DNA from: a virus
Taxonomy: Duplodnaviria > Caudoviricetes
IMG/VR virus record: IMGVR_UViG_3300029288_004596
Span: 1-64,000 of that record
Length of the DNA: 64,000 nucleotides
Strand: one strand, 5' to 3'
Shown: one piece after another, positions 26,719-36,416 of the stretch
Numbering within the stretch: position 1 is the first letter of the stretch
How the letters are laid out: every line of letters begins with the position of its first letter
Program-made: the position numbers and the translations under genes
The notes under the pieces: generated by a model
What the model saw: the letters and a program-made list of their open reading frames with translations, nothing else
What the model was told of the DNA's origin: nothing
Databases searched by the model: none

Positions 26719-29700
26719 TGTTTTCTCGCATTTATTAGGAGTGTGTAGTCATACAGGATTGGGGTTCCGGCTATCACCTGGTCTCTGAGATTGGAACTCA
26801 TCTTCACTATGATCCTGGGATTTATATCCAGGGTCTCATACCTTATGGTGATATCCGCCTTGGTGTCCCCAAATCTGAACAGGTCATCGGCGAACACGAC
26901 TTCCCCAGCCTCATTAACAAAGTATTCATATACAGGATAGTAGCTTTCTCCAGCCCTTGGGTCCATGTTGGAAGCTTTAAGTGTGGGAGCAGTCCTGTTC
27001 ACATAGTCTGTCATATTCCTGGTAACTGGATAAGACTGTGAGAGAAGGGGAGTCAACCCGCTCACTTGGAAGGTCTCAAGCATGTACTCTTCTCCAGCTA
27101 TATAACCAGCGGCTGAAACCTTTGTTCTATAGTAGGCTATCAGGTCATACATCTCTTCTTCATCGTCGTCTGTAGTTTTTATTATCTGGGAGAAACCAGC
27201 ATCTTTCATTATAATGGTGGTCTTCCCATAGTATCTGCTCCTGGAATCGGAGGTGTCTGAGGGAGAATGTCCCCCTGATTGCACTATATCATAGTTGGCT
27301 GGACTTATCAGTATATCTTCAGACGTATCAGTCCCAGCGCTCACTCTATGCCAGTACAAAGCCAGTCTGTGTCCTTTTCTGGAGATATCGTCCCACTCCA
27401 CAGGATACTTGGTGACGTAGGAGTCTGAGGAGAGTTTCTTTTCCTCATATAGTTTCCTGGAAATGGAAGATCCTCCTGACTTTTCTACGGTTGAAGACTC
27501 TGAGGTGTCTTTTATTATAGCTCCATCTGTTTCCAGAGACAGAGTCTCGTTGGATATCAGCTTAGTCAACTGATTGCTGGACTGTCCCAGGATATCTGGG
27601 AGGATATATTTTCCTCCCACCTTCAGGACTACGTCCAGAGGCTTGTATCCGTTGATAGTCTTTAGTATTCCTTCCACCTTCTGCCAGTAGGAAGTGGCTA
27701 TTACCCATGGTCCATAAGTTGAGCTGGTGGCTGGAGTGCAGGTGTGGTATCTTGTGCAGGAATAAATGTTATTTAGATAAGTGACCTTATCCCCAAAGAC
27801 ATATGTTCCTGTAGGGGACCAGGCTCCACTAGTTCCTATAGGCTCCTGAGTATATATTATTGTGGTTAAGTTAGGATCATAGTCAAAGAGATTTAAGTAA
27901 TCGTTGTCGTCCAAAGTCTTTTGGATGGAGGCTATCTTCTCCCTGTTGACATAAGGGTAGTGGCTTAGTTTTACTTTGTGATACCTATCGCTACCTTCAA
28001 ATCTATCTGTCACAGGCTTGGGGTGGATGGCTGTCCAGTCATCATGCCCTGTCTCTCCAGCGGCGTAAAGTCTCATGTTATAATCTGGGGATGTCAGTTC
28101 CATGATATTGGCACTGGCCAGTATATCTTGATCGTTCATGGATATAAAGAACTTTAAGTCCTGGGACTCACTTATATTTGAGTTGGGCAACAATTTAAGT
28201 TCTCTGATTTCCCCATTTACTGTCACTGGCTTAGATATCCAGTAGCCTTCTTTGAGGTACTCTCTATACCTGAGGTCCAGTTCATACCCTCCCATCTGAT
28301 ATTCATACTTTGTGAACTGAACCATTTTGTCTGAGGGGTTGGCTATTTCATAGAGGCCCAGTATAAGTTCTTTTACCTTTCCTCCAAGCCTGTTTATAAG
28401 GATATTGAATTCAGAATCCTCTGGCAGAGTTCTGGACTTCTGTTTTTTAATGACAGTTCTCTCCTGGGAATAGCTGTAAGCCGCTGTCTCTGAGCGGTCG
28501 AGTATCAGGTTCCATAGTTCCTCATCCTTAAGAAAACTTTCAGGGATATTGTAAGTCTTTAACATGTAGTGCGGTTGAGATATGGTGAGCCATAAGGTCT
28601 TGGCTGTTATGTTCTTGCCCTTGCTTTGATTGAGACTTATGACCTTGTCTCCTGATATATCCTCATCCACAAGCATCTGTTCATAGTAGTCATTGGACAG
28701 CTGTATATTGTCTATGTAGGTTGTGGAGCAAGTTCCATAGGTTTTTATATTCAACCATAGATATGAGTAGTCAGTGTCGCTGAGTATCCTAAAGAATCTA
28801 TCCACAAACTCCCAGTCCTTGGAGTATTTGTTGGTGTTGGAGATATCTCCCGAGTACAGCTGTACTTCCCCTCCAGCTGGAAGTCCGGCTCCTAGGCTTA
28901 GAGTCACTATGGTGTCTGGGTCTGTCTGTTTTATGAGAGCGCTAAAGGATAGCAGATGGGACATATCCTTTGTGAGGTTTGTCATAACCCCGTTCCTCAC
29001 AAAGTATATATTTCTTCTTATGTCTACACATCCAGTTGTGGCGTAACCGTCTATCCTGAGGGCCTGGGACCCATCCATTCCAGCTGTGGTAGCCACATAC
29101 CCTGAGGCTGAGGATTGGGTTTTGGTCCACCCAGTTAAACCGTCCGCAAAGTTTCCATTAATAGGGATCATGGAACCTGTGGTTTTAGGGTTGAGAGTGT
29201 TTGTGGTCCATTCTATGGCCAGGAGTTTCATGGGATAGGGGGACAATGGTTTGAAGGAAAGTTCATTTATTGGGGTTATGTAGTCAAAGTCTATCCTTAG
29301 CTTTACACAGGCTCCCCCTTTATAGTTGGGGGGCAGCCATCCAAGGGTTTCCACATTGGCTCCTATAGGGGAGTCTGATAATATGGTCTCTTTCCAGTAG
29401 GTGTTATAGTTGCCATCGACTAGTTCTTCTACACCATGTCTGGTTTCGGTAGATATGCCAAGCATCTGTTCTGCTTTTATACTGCATAGTTTTCTTCCAC
29501 CAACGGATATGGTTCTGGATATGTCTCCAGCAATGGGTCTTCTTAAAGAGAGAGTGTCCTGATCGTTCCATAGTTTTGGGTAGCCTTTAGGCAGCATGGA
29601 GTCGTCGCAAGTGTCATGGGAGAAGGTTTCAGTTACTATATCTGTGTAGTTGTACCCGCTCCTGTTGGACTCCAGCTTGTTCTTTACAGTCCTTTCCATG

Positions 29701-30017
29701 TGGTCTAGGGATTGCTCCAGCTTAGAGATCTCCGCGTTGTTTATAGCATTGACAGATTCTATAGCCCTGGCTATATTATCTAGTTCCTTGTATAAGGCTG
29801 TCAAGTCTGTTATAGCCGCAGTGATAGCTTTATTGTACTCATTAGGGTCCTTGTAGTCTTTGGGGATAGAGTATATCTTGGAGCCTATCCTGGAAAGAAG
29901 ACTGGTCAGGTCCCCTTCATTGAGGCTTAAACTCTTGGAGTTGCTGATAAACCCATTGAGTATGCCCTTCTGGGTCTCGCCTATTATTGAATTATAATTA
30001 TCTATGTACTCTTTCAT
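26715..30017 (-). CDS. Large virion structural protein with carbohydrate-binding modules (CBM4/9-like and CBM5/12-like)
   Basis: NGNFADGLTGW...YIDNIQL and WSPTGTYVFGDKVTYLNNIYSC...YWQKV; paralogous N- and C-termini. Confidence 0.7.
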   Translation of the reverse strand: MKEYIDNYNSIIGETQKGILNGFISNSKSLSLNEGDLTSLLSRIGSKIYSIPKDYKDPNEYNKAITAAITDLTALYKELDNIARAIESVNAINNAEISKLEQSLDHMERTVKNKLESNRSGYNYTDIVTETFSHDTCDDSMLPKGYPKLWNDQDTLSLRRPIAGDISRTISVGGRKLCSIKAEQMLGISTETRHGVEELVDGNYNTYWKETILSDSPIGANVETLGWLPPNYKGGACVKLRIDFDYITPINELSFKPLSPYPMKLLAIEWTTNTLNPKTTGSMIPINGNFADGLTGWTKTQSSASGYVATTAGMDGSQALRIDGYATTGCVDIRRNIYFVRNGVMTNLTKDMSHLLSFSALIKQTDPDTIVTLSLGAGLPAGGEVQLYSGDISNTNKYSKDWEFVDRFFRILSDTDYSYLWLNIKTYGTCSTTYIDNIQLSNDYYEQMLVDEDISGDKVISLNQSKGKNITAKTLWLTISQPHYMLKTYNIPESFLKDEELWNLILDRSETAAYSYSQERTVIKKQKSRTLPEDSEFNILINRLGGKVKELILGLYEIANPSDKMVQFTKYEYQMGGYELDLRYREYLKEGYWISKPVTVNGEIRELKLLPNSNISESQDLKFFISMNDQDILASANIMELTSPDYNMRLYAAGETGHDDWTAIHPKPVTDRFEGSDRYHKVKLSHYPYVNREKIASIQKTLDDNDYLNLFDYDPNLTTIIYTQEPIGTSGAWSPTGTYVFGDKVTYLNNIYSCTRYHTCTPATSSTYGPWVIATSYWQKVEGILKTINGYKPLDVVLKVGGKYILPDILGQSSNQLTKLISNETLSLETDGAIIKDTSESSTVEKSGGSSISRKLYEEKKLSSDSYVTKYPVEWDDISRKGHRLALYWHRVSAGTDTSEDILISPANYDIVQSGGHSPSDTSDSRSRYYGKTTIIMKDAGFSQIIKTTDDDEEEMYDLIAYYRTKVSAAGYIAGEEYMLETFQVSGLTPLLSQSYPVTRNMTDYVNRTAPTLKASNMDPRAGESYYPVYEYFVNEAGEVVFADDLFRFGDTKADITIRYETLDINPRIIVKMSSNLRDQVIAGTPILYDYTLLINARKQ

Positions 30018-31300
30018 CCTACCGCCATCAGTGAGATTATAAAGTCTCCCATGTCTCCCTTAGAGTTGGCTATCATATTCAGTTGCTGGTTCATCCCAGG
30101 GATGATCCTGAAAGATATCTGGTTGTCAGCTGACCACCACCACTTAAAGGTATACAAGGGATGAGGTCTGTCTGCCACAAAGGAGCTAGTCTCAGTATTT
30201 TCCAGGAATTCTATCCTTTCTATTCCCACATTCCAAGTCTCCAGGGAGTTTCCGCTGGGAGTGTGTATTCCTATAGCTGAACAGGTCTTGGCCTGTGGAG
30301 TTACTGGGAAGTCCACCACTCTCACCTGTCCAAATCCCACATCGCACCAGGTGGCCGCTGTGGAAGACTGCAGATAACCAGCCGCTCCAGAAGTATCTCC
30401 CACCGCATGGGTTTCAAACATAGCTATAGTCAAAGGAGTGGCCTCGTAAGCTCCCATTATTCTCAGGTGCATCCTCACAGACACAGTTGAAGACAGACTG
30501 ATAGTTGGCATCTCCAGATAGAAGGGATATCCTGGCGTTACGCTTCTATTATGAAGTCTCACCATGCATTCCAAGTCATGTCCTGTAGCAGTGTCCACAT
30601 ATACAAAACTTCCTGTGGCTGGATAGCCTGCCACTCCTAGTCCACTTCCCATAGATATGCCTATGGGTCCATTTCCTAGAGGAGCCCAGTCCAGATCCAC
30701 TTTATTGTCTGCCCATTGGGGGTACTGTACAGCTAAACCATCGAGTACTCTTGTGAGATAAAGTCTTTTATTGTCGTCAGTTATTCCTACCCTTAAAGGA
30801 GTTGCTGACATGCATGCTGAGAAGAGATTAAATGAGTTGGTGTCATAGGAACGTCTCCTGTTGGTGGAGTCTTCCACTGTGAGGGTGTTCCTCATAGTCT
30901 GATTGTTTATGATAACATAGCCTGTAAAGTCTGTTCCAGCCACAGATTTGTCCATGCATGGCCTGGCCTGAACTAATAGTTTAGCGGAACCATTCTTAGT
31001 GAAAGTCCCGCTGGGAATAAAGGTGCACAAAGATGAAGTGTCTGGAGTGGATGAGTTAAAACTTATAGTGTAGGTTGCGCTAGCTGAAACTGATTGCACT
31101 AACACAGTTTCTGCCGCCATCTTTTTGACCCCTATCCCTATAGGAGAGTCTATCATGTGGGTTTCCATCATGAATACATCATCCAGCATCCTGTTCATGG
31201 CTGAAGATGGTATGGTTTCCCCATTGTTAAACTGAGAAGATGTGGAGGCTGTGTAAGGAAATCCTGATCTTGCTCCTGTAGATATTCCGCCGGTGTTCAC
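30014..31300 (-). CDS. Putative tail fibre/appendage protein
   Basis: N-terminal IPSSAMNRMLDDVFMME anchor-like helix; S/T-rich beta body. Confidence 0.55.
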   Translation of the reverse strand: MNTGGISTGARSGFPYTASTSSQFNNGETIPSSAMNRMLDDVFMMETHMIDSPIGIGVKKMAAETVLVQSVSASATYTISFNSSTPDTSSLCTFIPSGTFTKNGSAKLLVQARPCMDKSVAGTDFTGYVIINNQTMRNTLTVEDSTNRRRSYDTNSFNLFSACMSATPLRVGITDDNKRLYLTRVLDGLAVQYPQWADNKVDLDWAPLGNGPIGISMGSGLGVAGYPATGSFVYVDTATGHDLECMVRLHNRSVTPGYPFYLEMPTISLSSTVSVRMHLRIMGAYEATPLTIAMFETHAVGDTSGAAGYLQSSTAATWCDVGFGQVRVVDFPVTPQAKTCSAIGIHTPSGNSLETWNVGIERIEFLENTETSSFVADRPHPLYTFKWWWSADNQISFRIIPGMNQQLNMIANSKGDMGDFIISLMAVG

Positions 31301-31920
31301 TAGTAGGACCTCCCTGGATTTATGTTAGCTAATACTGTCACCTTGTATGTTCCTGATAATAGAGCTGTGCCTATTCCGCAGACTCCCACATTCTGGTGGA
31401 GCATGGCTCTTATTCCTATGATAACCCCTGTGCTTGTAAAGTCATTCCATGTGAAACCTATGAATCTTGGAACTATGGTCGCGTTTTCATTATAAGCTAT
31501 TAAGGAAGTTGTGGTTCCCGTATTAGTGAAAGGCACATTTGTCTCCACCCAGACCAGCATGTTGTCAAAGTCTACACACTCGTCTTTCCCATGGTCTATG
31601 ACTACTGTGGCTAGAGCCGTGTCTGTTATGTTAGTCACAGATGATATTTTGTATCCAGCTGAGATCTTCTTCCATTCTCCAGTAAATCCCAATCCCCTGA
31701 AGGAGTTGACCATACAGGAGCCCCCAGAGCGCAATCCAGAGGAAGACATAACTGTCTGGGTGTCGGCTATCGCCTTGGATATGTCGCTCCATACAGAGGC
31801 GTCCACTGGATCGGAGTTGTAGGCATTGGGGTCATTGCCAAAATAGTTCCTGAATGGATATTTGCTGTTCTCATATTCTGTTGTCTTTAGGGGATCATGG
31901 GTCCCATTTAATATAGCCAC
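31300..31920 (-). CDS. Putative tail fibre/appendage protein
   Basis: N-terminal VDASVWSDISKAIADTQ anchor-like helix. Confidence 0.55.
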   Translation of the reverse strand: MAILNGTHDPLKTTEYENSKYPFRNYFGNDPNAYNSDPVDASVWSDISKAIADTQTVMSSSGLRSGGSCMVNSFRGLGFTGEWKKISAGYKISSVTNITDTALATVVIDHGKDECVDFDNMLVWVETNVPFTNTGTTTSLIAYNENATIVPRFIGFTWNDFTSTGVIIGIRAMLHQNVGVCGIGTALLSGTYKVTVLANINPGRSY

Positions 31921-32576
31921 TATCCACTCCTTATAAGCAGCAGGTCATCCAAGTATAGTCTTGTCTTTTCTCTGGCTGATATTGTTGGGGCTGTATAAGA
32001 ACTTGCGACTGCATTTGCTATTGATAGTCTGATGCACTTTACTGAGCTGGGTATCGCTGAGACAGTGTTTATATACTGAGTCCAGTTCTTGTAAGAATTG
32101 TAGGAGAACTCCTGAAGGTAGTCTGACCAACTCCAGCTGGGTATAACTGATGTCACTGTTGAGGATGTGACCGTGAGGACTGTAGTGTACCCAACTATAT
32201 CTATTCTCATGTGACACTTGGTGTAGTCAAATTCATTGTCAGGGTAGCTCATTCTGTACTGGAACTTCAAGTCAAAGGTCCTTGTAGGCGCAAGAACTTC
32301 TCCTGTCAACATCACTGTCTGAGAAGCTGTCTTTACCTGGTGTAAGGAATAGTATCTGAAGTCCATGGCAGAAGCTGTTATAGTCCAGTACTGAGGGAGG
32401 TGCATCGCTCTCAGCTCCATGCACTTGTCTCCATTGTAGGGTCTTGTGTTAACTAACTGTCCCTGAGCTGTTAACCCAGTGGATCCAGTGGTGGATATTG
32501 ACCATGCAACTTCAGGTATAGCGGATGACCATCCAGCTTCAAAAGAATAGTTTGCTATAAGATTGGATACTGACAT
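31920..32576 (-). CDS. Carbohydrate-binding-module-like virion protein
   Basis: NLIANYSFEAGW start and LYLDDLLL end, typical of CBM4/9-type beta-sandwiches. Confidence 0.6.
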   Translation of the reverse strand: MSVSNLIANYSFEAGWSSAIPEVAWSISTTGSTGLTAQGQLVNTRPYNGDKCMELRAMHLPQYWTITASAMDFRYYSLHQVKTASQTVMLTGEVLAPTRTFDLKFQYRMSYPDNEFDYTKCHMRIDIVGYTTVLTVTSSTVTSVIPSWSWSDYLQEFSYNSYKNWTQYINTVSAIPSSVKCIRLSIANAVASSYTAPTISAREKTRLYLDDLLLIRSG

Positions 32577-33208
32577 TATGTTTTTACCTTGGCGTTAGTC
32601 ACTATTAGGACTTTGGCATGAAGTCTTATAGTAGTGTCCGGAACAACGAATCTCGCTCTCATAGAACCTGTTATCCTGCCAGCGCTGGGATCCATCCCAT
32701 AAGACAGCCACACCGGGTGCCCATGCACAAAAGTTTTCCAGTTGTGAGGCCAGTTGTACACATCCACATGTTCGGCCAATCCAAATAGGAATACAGCTGT
32801 GTCGTCATTATCCAGATGGGTTTCTAGAACTGTCTCATAGGCTGTTCCTGTGTTGGAATGTTTCCAGCACACATTAACTGGCAGCTCTATATCTACAGCT
32901 GAATTGTAGTAGGTGAGGTCTGTGGAAGCCGCTGAGTTTGAACCCATCAACCCTTTCATAGGATTGTCTGTTATTGGAAATTTATCTGTTTTGTATTCGC
33001 TCCTGTTTAAGGAGAACTCTCTTTGGTCTGGAACTGTGGAACTCATAGTGGCATGGTAGTCTGTCTTTATTCCGGAGATAGTCTTGGTCTGCAGTTCATA
33101 GATAGCTTCTATCATTATGTTTACGCTGTTTGCGTCCACTATGGTTGAAGAATAAGCTTCTCCCGCCAGCTGTAGGATATCTACATTGTTAGGAAATCTT
33201 GAAATCAT
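32576..33208 (-). CDS. Putative tail fibre/appendage protein
   Basis: SRFPNNVD...VDANSVNIMIEAIYELQ N-terminal motif of the kind seen in phage fibre proteins. Confidence 0.6.
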   Translation of the reverse strand: MISRFPNNVDILQLAGEAYSSTIVDANSVNIMIEAIYELQTKTISGIKTDYHATMSSTVPDQREFSLNRSEYKTDKFPITDNPMKGLMGSNSAASTDLTYYNSAVDIELPVNVCWKHSNTGTAYETVLETHLDNDDTAVFLFGLAEHVDVYNWPHNWKTFVHGHPVWLSYGMDPSAGRITGSMRARFVVPDTTIRLHAKVLIVTNAKVKT

Positions 33209-34785
33209 ATGTACCTCACAATGGCTTTCACACCAGCGGCTACATGAGAGTCCACTATTTCCTGTATTTCTTCTTCAGTGAACTCTTTCAATCCCACGGT
33301 GGCATCCAGGAGTCCTTTGGGCAGTTCCACTACTATGACTCCATTAAGCATGGCTGGCTCCCCATCCCATGTGGAAAGATCGAAGTATCCCTTCATAGCT
33401 TGGAGTTGATCTCCTGTCAGTCTTATCTTTCTGAGCTGGGCATCCTCCGCCACTCCTCCTCCTCTTCTCCTAGTGTCTATCATCTTGACAGTCTCCACTG
33501 TGCCGTTGGGACTCACATATAATTTGGCTAGCACTAAAGCTAGAGGCCACTTTACCAGACTTCCCACTCCTCCAGCGTGCACATTGGAACCCAGAGTTCC
33601 ATCTTCTTTAAAGACCGTTGGGCTGTCTGCCGTAAAGGTCTGCATAAACTTGTTCTTATCATATCTGGCCTTGCCATAGATGGACAAAGCTAGCTCTCTA
33701 TCATCTATAGTTCCAGTTCCTATTCCGCTGGCGTAGGTAGCCTCCAAGGTAATGGCTGGACCAGACTCCCACCTTACAAACTGGTTGGTCCACTTTAATC
33801 CAGTCCTTATTTTTATAACTCCTGAGGCTATCGAGTCATAGAGGTAGACTGCGGATGGCAATAGGAATATATAAACCACTGAACTTAGCAACTCCACTGT
33901 GTCCCTCCCATTGTCATAGGTATGTCCGTAGGAGGGATTGAGGTTTAGATCGCAGTATCTTCCCAGCGTCTCATCATAGTAGCCTCTGAAGATATAGTCT
34001 TTCTGACTATACCTATAGGAGATCTCTATGACATCCGCTGGATCTATGCTTGTGGTGAACTCCACTATTCCATTTTCATAGTCCACTCCTTTGACAGCGT
34101 CTGGAGAACTATTTTCTATGGAGTCTATAGGAGAGTTTAGGAGTTCTTTATCATTTATCTTTATAGAGTCTATCTGGTATAATTTATTCTTGTAGGTTTT
34201 TATCCTGAAGCTGTCCAGGACTTGAGGCTGTTCATTGGTTATAGGCAATCCCCTAAGTCCATACTCTGTTAAGGATCCATACTCATTAAATATTGAGGCT
34301 ACACTTCCAGTCAGGTAAGGAAGGGTCACACTTTCTGGTATTGAGTATATGAGTCCAATATCAGTTCCCACAGCCCAGCCCTCTTCAGCTGCCACCTTAT
34401 CCACCCAGCATTTTCCCGAGTCCGCGGACGCATATATAGTGCTTGTGTACTTGGTATGCACCTTAAAGATTCCATCCCTTATCACTACATGCCAGGCCCC
34501 TGTTTCATCTTCTATGGGATCTAGCGCATCCATTGGGGATGTCAGGGTTCTATATTCTTTCAGGTTCTTGCTTTGAGATATATAAGGTTCTGTTTCGTAA
34601 GCTCCAGATAAACTGGGAGAGTACAGCACTGGCTGATATTCTTCTCCAGCTTTGTTTGCTGGGATAGCCCCCACAGCGTTGGTCATCAGACAGTTCTCGT
34701 CAGGTTTCAGCACAGGAGGAGCGAAGTAAGCCAAAGATATTCCAGTGGAAGGCACAGTAGACCCGTATTGAAGGTTGTATGTCAT
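33205..34785 (-). CDS. Putative baseplate structural protein
   Basis: VDYENGIVEF...IEISYRY beta motif, DTRRRGGG, C-terminal HVAAGV wedge-like end. Confidence 0.65.
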   Translation of the reverse strand: MTYNLQYGSTVPSTGISLAYFAPPVLKPDENCLMTNAVGAIPANKAGEEYQPVLYSPSLSGAYETEPYISQSKNLKEYRTLTSPMDALDPIEDETGAWHVVIRDGIFKVHTKYTSTIYASADSGKCWVDKVAAEEGWAVGTDIGLIYSIPESVTLPYLTGSVASIFNEYGSLTEYGLRGLPITNEQPQVLDSFRIKTYKNKLYQIDSIKINDKELLNSPIDSIENSSPDAVKGVDYENGIVEFTTSIDPADVIEISYRYSQKDYIFRGYYDETLGRYCDLNLNPSYGHTYDNGRDTVELLSSVVYIFLLPSAVYLYDSIASGVIKIRTGLKWTNQFVRWESGPAITLEATYASGIGTGTIDDRELALSIYGKARYDKNKFMQTFTADSPTVFKEDGTLGSNVHAGGVGSLVKWPLALVLAKLYVSPNGTVETVKMIDTRRRGGGVAEDAQLRKIRLTGDQLQAMKGYFDLSTWDGEPAMLNGVIVVELPKGLLDATVGLKEFTEEEIQEIVDSHVAAGVKAIVRYI

Positions 34786-36416
34786 ATGGTGACCTCATTG
34801 GAGAATATAACTGTGCTGGAGAAACCGTCATATAAAGAAGCATATATTATGTCTGGGCCTACTATATCCACTGTGGCTATGCCTTCCTCATTGGTCCTCA
34901 CCTCAGTTGGGTTTGTTATACCATTCTTGGAAATGAATTTTATTGTCACTCCCGCATTAGTTAGGATTACTCCATCATTTCTGGTTATGCACGCCTTGAG
35001 TCTATTTATGGAAGTCTCGCTTGTGTCCTTGGCCAGGAAAAGTTTTGGTATGAAAGACCCTGAGGTGTAGTTTATATTGGACGCTCCCACGCATACTGCG
35101 GAAACTACATCCGTTACAGCCAGCCCGCTAGAGGATATAGTCATAGTCATGGTTCCAGCCGCTGAAGGTTTCCATGTGTAAGTGACTTCTCCCAGGAAGT
35201 TTGTTATCTGAGTAGATGGCAGTACAGTCTGTACTAATCCTGGACCTGAGATGGCGTAGTTTAGACACACTCCAGCCACAGGATTGTTATTTTTGTCTAC
35301 AGCCCTGGCTCTTATCCTTACAGGACATCCTGTTCCTGATAGTATAGCCACTCTTGATGGGGCTGATCTGGCATATATCCTGGCGGCTTCCTTGTATGGG
35401 TCTATAGCTGGAGCCAGATAAATAAATCCTGGGACTATCCCAGAATACATGGGATTTAATTGCAGGTATGACAGGTCTGTAGTTAGGACTTCTGAGATAT
35501 CCTGATAATCATCCTTTTCGCCCTCAAAGTCAAGAGTTGTGTTTCCTGACGTGGTAGAATAGGCATGGATATGGTTCTTGGTTAACCCAAAGGAGTTGTT
35601 GACTCTATATAATACCCCCACTACTTCCTTGGCTGGAACTGCGATTGGGAGTTGAATGACATTTCCAGACACAGAAGAGGAGTATATGGTCATTGAGGAT
35701 AAACCCCATGTCCCTACTCTTTTTACTACTGGTCTAGCTCCATAATAGGTAGCTATGTTTTCATGCCTGAGCCTTATTCTGGAATTGGCGTCTACTAACA
35801 GTTCTTCCTGCAGCAGGACTACTTCAGAACCTGTAGGCTCATAGGAGTAGGTATAAAATACTGTAGAGCATGGGTCTGTCTCTGAGGATACTGTCAGTTC
35901 TCTGGATCTTGGGTTGAAATAAAAATAATCAGATTCCTTTACCAGACTGGAGGATGGAACTTCTTTTAAGGAGGTGTGCAGAGTGGAGATCACATGCTCT
36001 ACATTGCCTGGCACAGTTATTTTCCACTTGTTGTTCCCAACGCAAGTCCAAGATCCACTGGTCATAACTGCTATGGAACCCACAACCCTCTTATAGCTTG
36101 TGGTTCCCTTGGTCATAAAGACTGGCCCATATTGAGATATTGCCGAGGTGTCTAAGGTGGAACATATTATGGAACTTGTGGTTACAGAAGATGGCGCCAG
36201 ATTTATTATGTTCTGATATTTCTTGGAGAATAAGTATCTTTCTTCAGTCCCTAGGTAGTACCATCCCTTGTGGATCATGGGATACCATCTGCTGTCAGCA
36301 CTCTTTTTTATTGACACCTTGAGGTCAAGGTTATCCCCAACTCCTATCTCAAGCATAGTTGACAGAGGCGAAGTTATAGTTTGTCCTGAGCTTCCTGACT
36401 CAAAAAATGTGCTCAC
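34782..36416 (-). CDS. Structural protein with Ig-like (Big_1/invasin-type) domains
   Basis: VDKNNNPVAGV...TNFLGEV and TIKF...TNEEGIATV. Confidence 0.65.
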   Translation of the reverse strand: MSTFFESGSSGQTITSPLSTMLEIGVGDNLDLKVSIKKSADSRWYPMIHKGWYYLGTEERYLFSKKYQNIINLAPSSVTTSSIICSTLDTSAISQYGPVFMTKGTTSYKRVVGSIAVMTSGSWTCVGNNKWKITVPGNVEHVISTLHTSLKEVPSSSLVKESDYFYFNPRSRELTVSSETDPCSTVFYTYSYEPTGSEVVLLQEELLVDANSRIRLRHENIATYYGARPVVKRVGTWGLSSMTIYSSSVSGNVIQLPIAVPAKEVVGVLYRVNNSFGLTKNHIHAYSTTSGNTTLDFEGEKDDYQDISEVLTTDLSYLQLNPMYSGIVPGFIYLAPAIDPYKEAARIYARSAPSRVAILSGTGCPVRIRARAVDKNNNPVAGVCLNYAISGPGLVQTVLPSTQITNFLGEVTYTWKPSAAGTMTMTISSSGLAVTDVVSAVCVGASNINYTSGSFIPKLFLAKDTSETSINRLKACITRNDGVILTNAGVTIKFISKNGITNPTEVRTNEEGIATVDIVGPDIIYASLYDGFSSTVIFSNEVTI

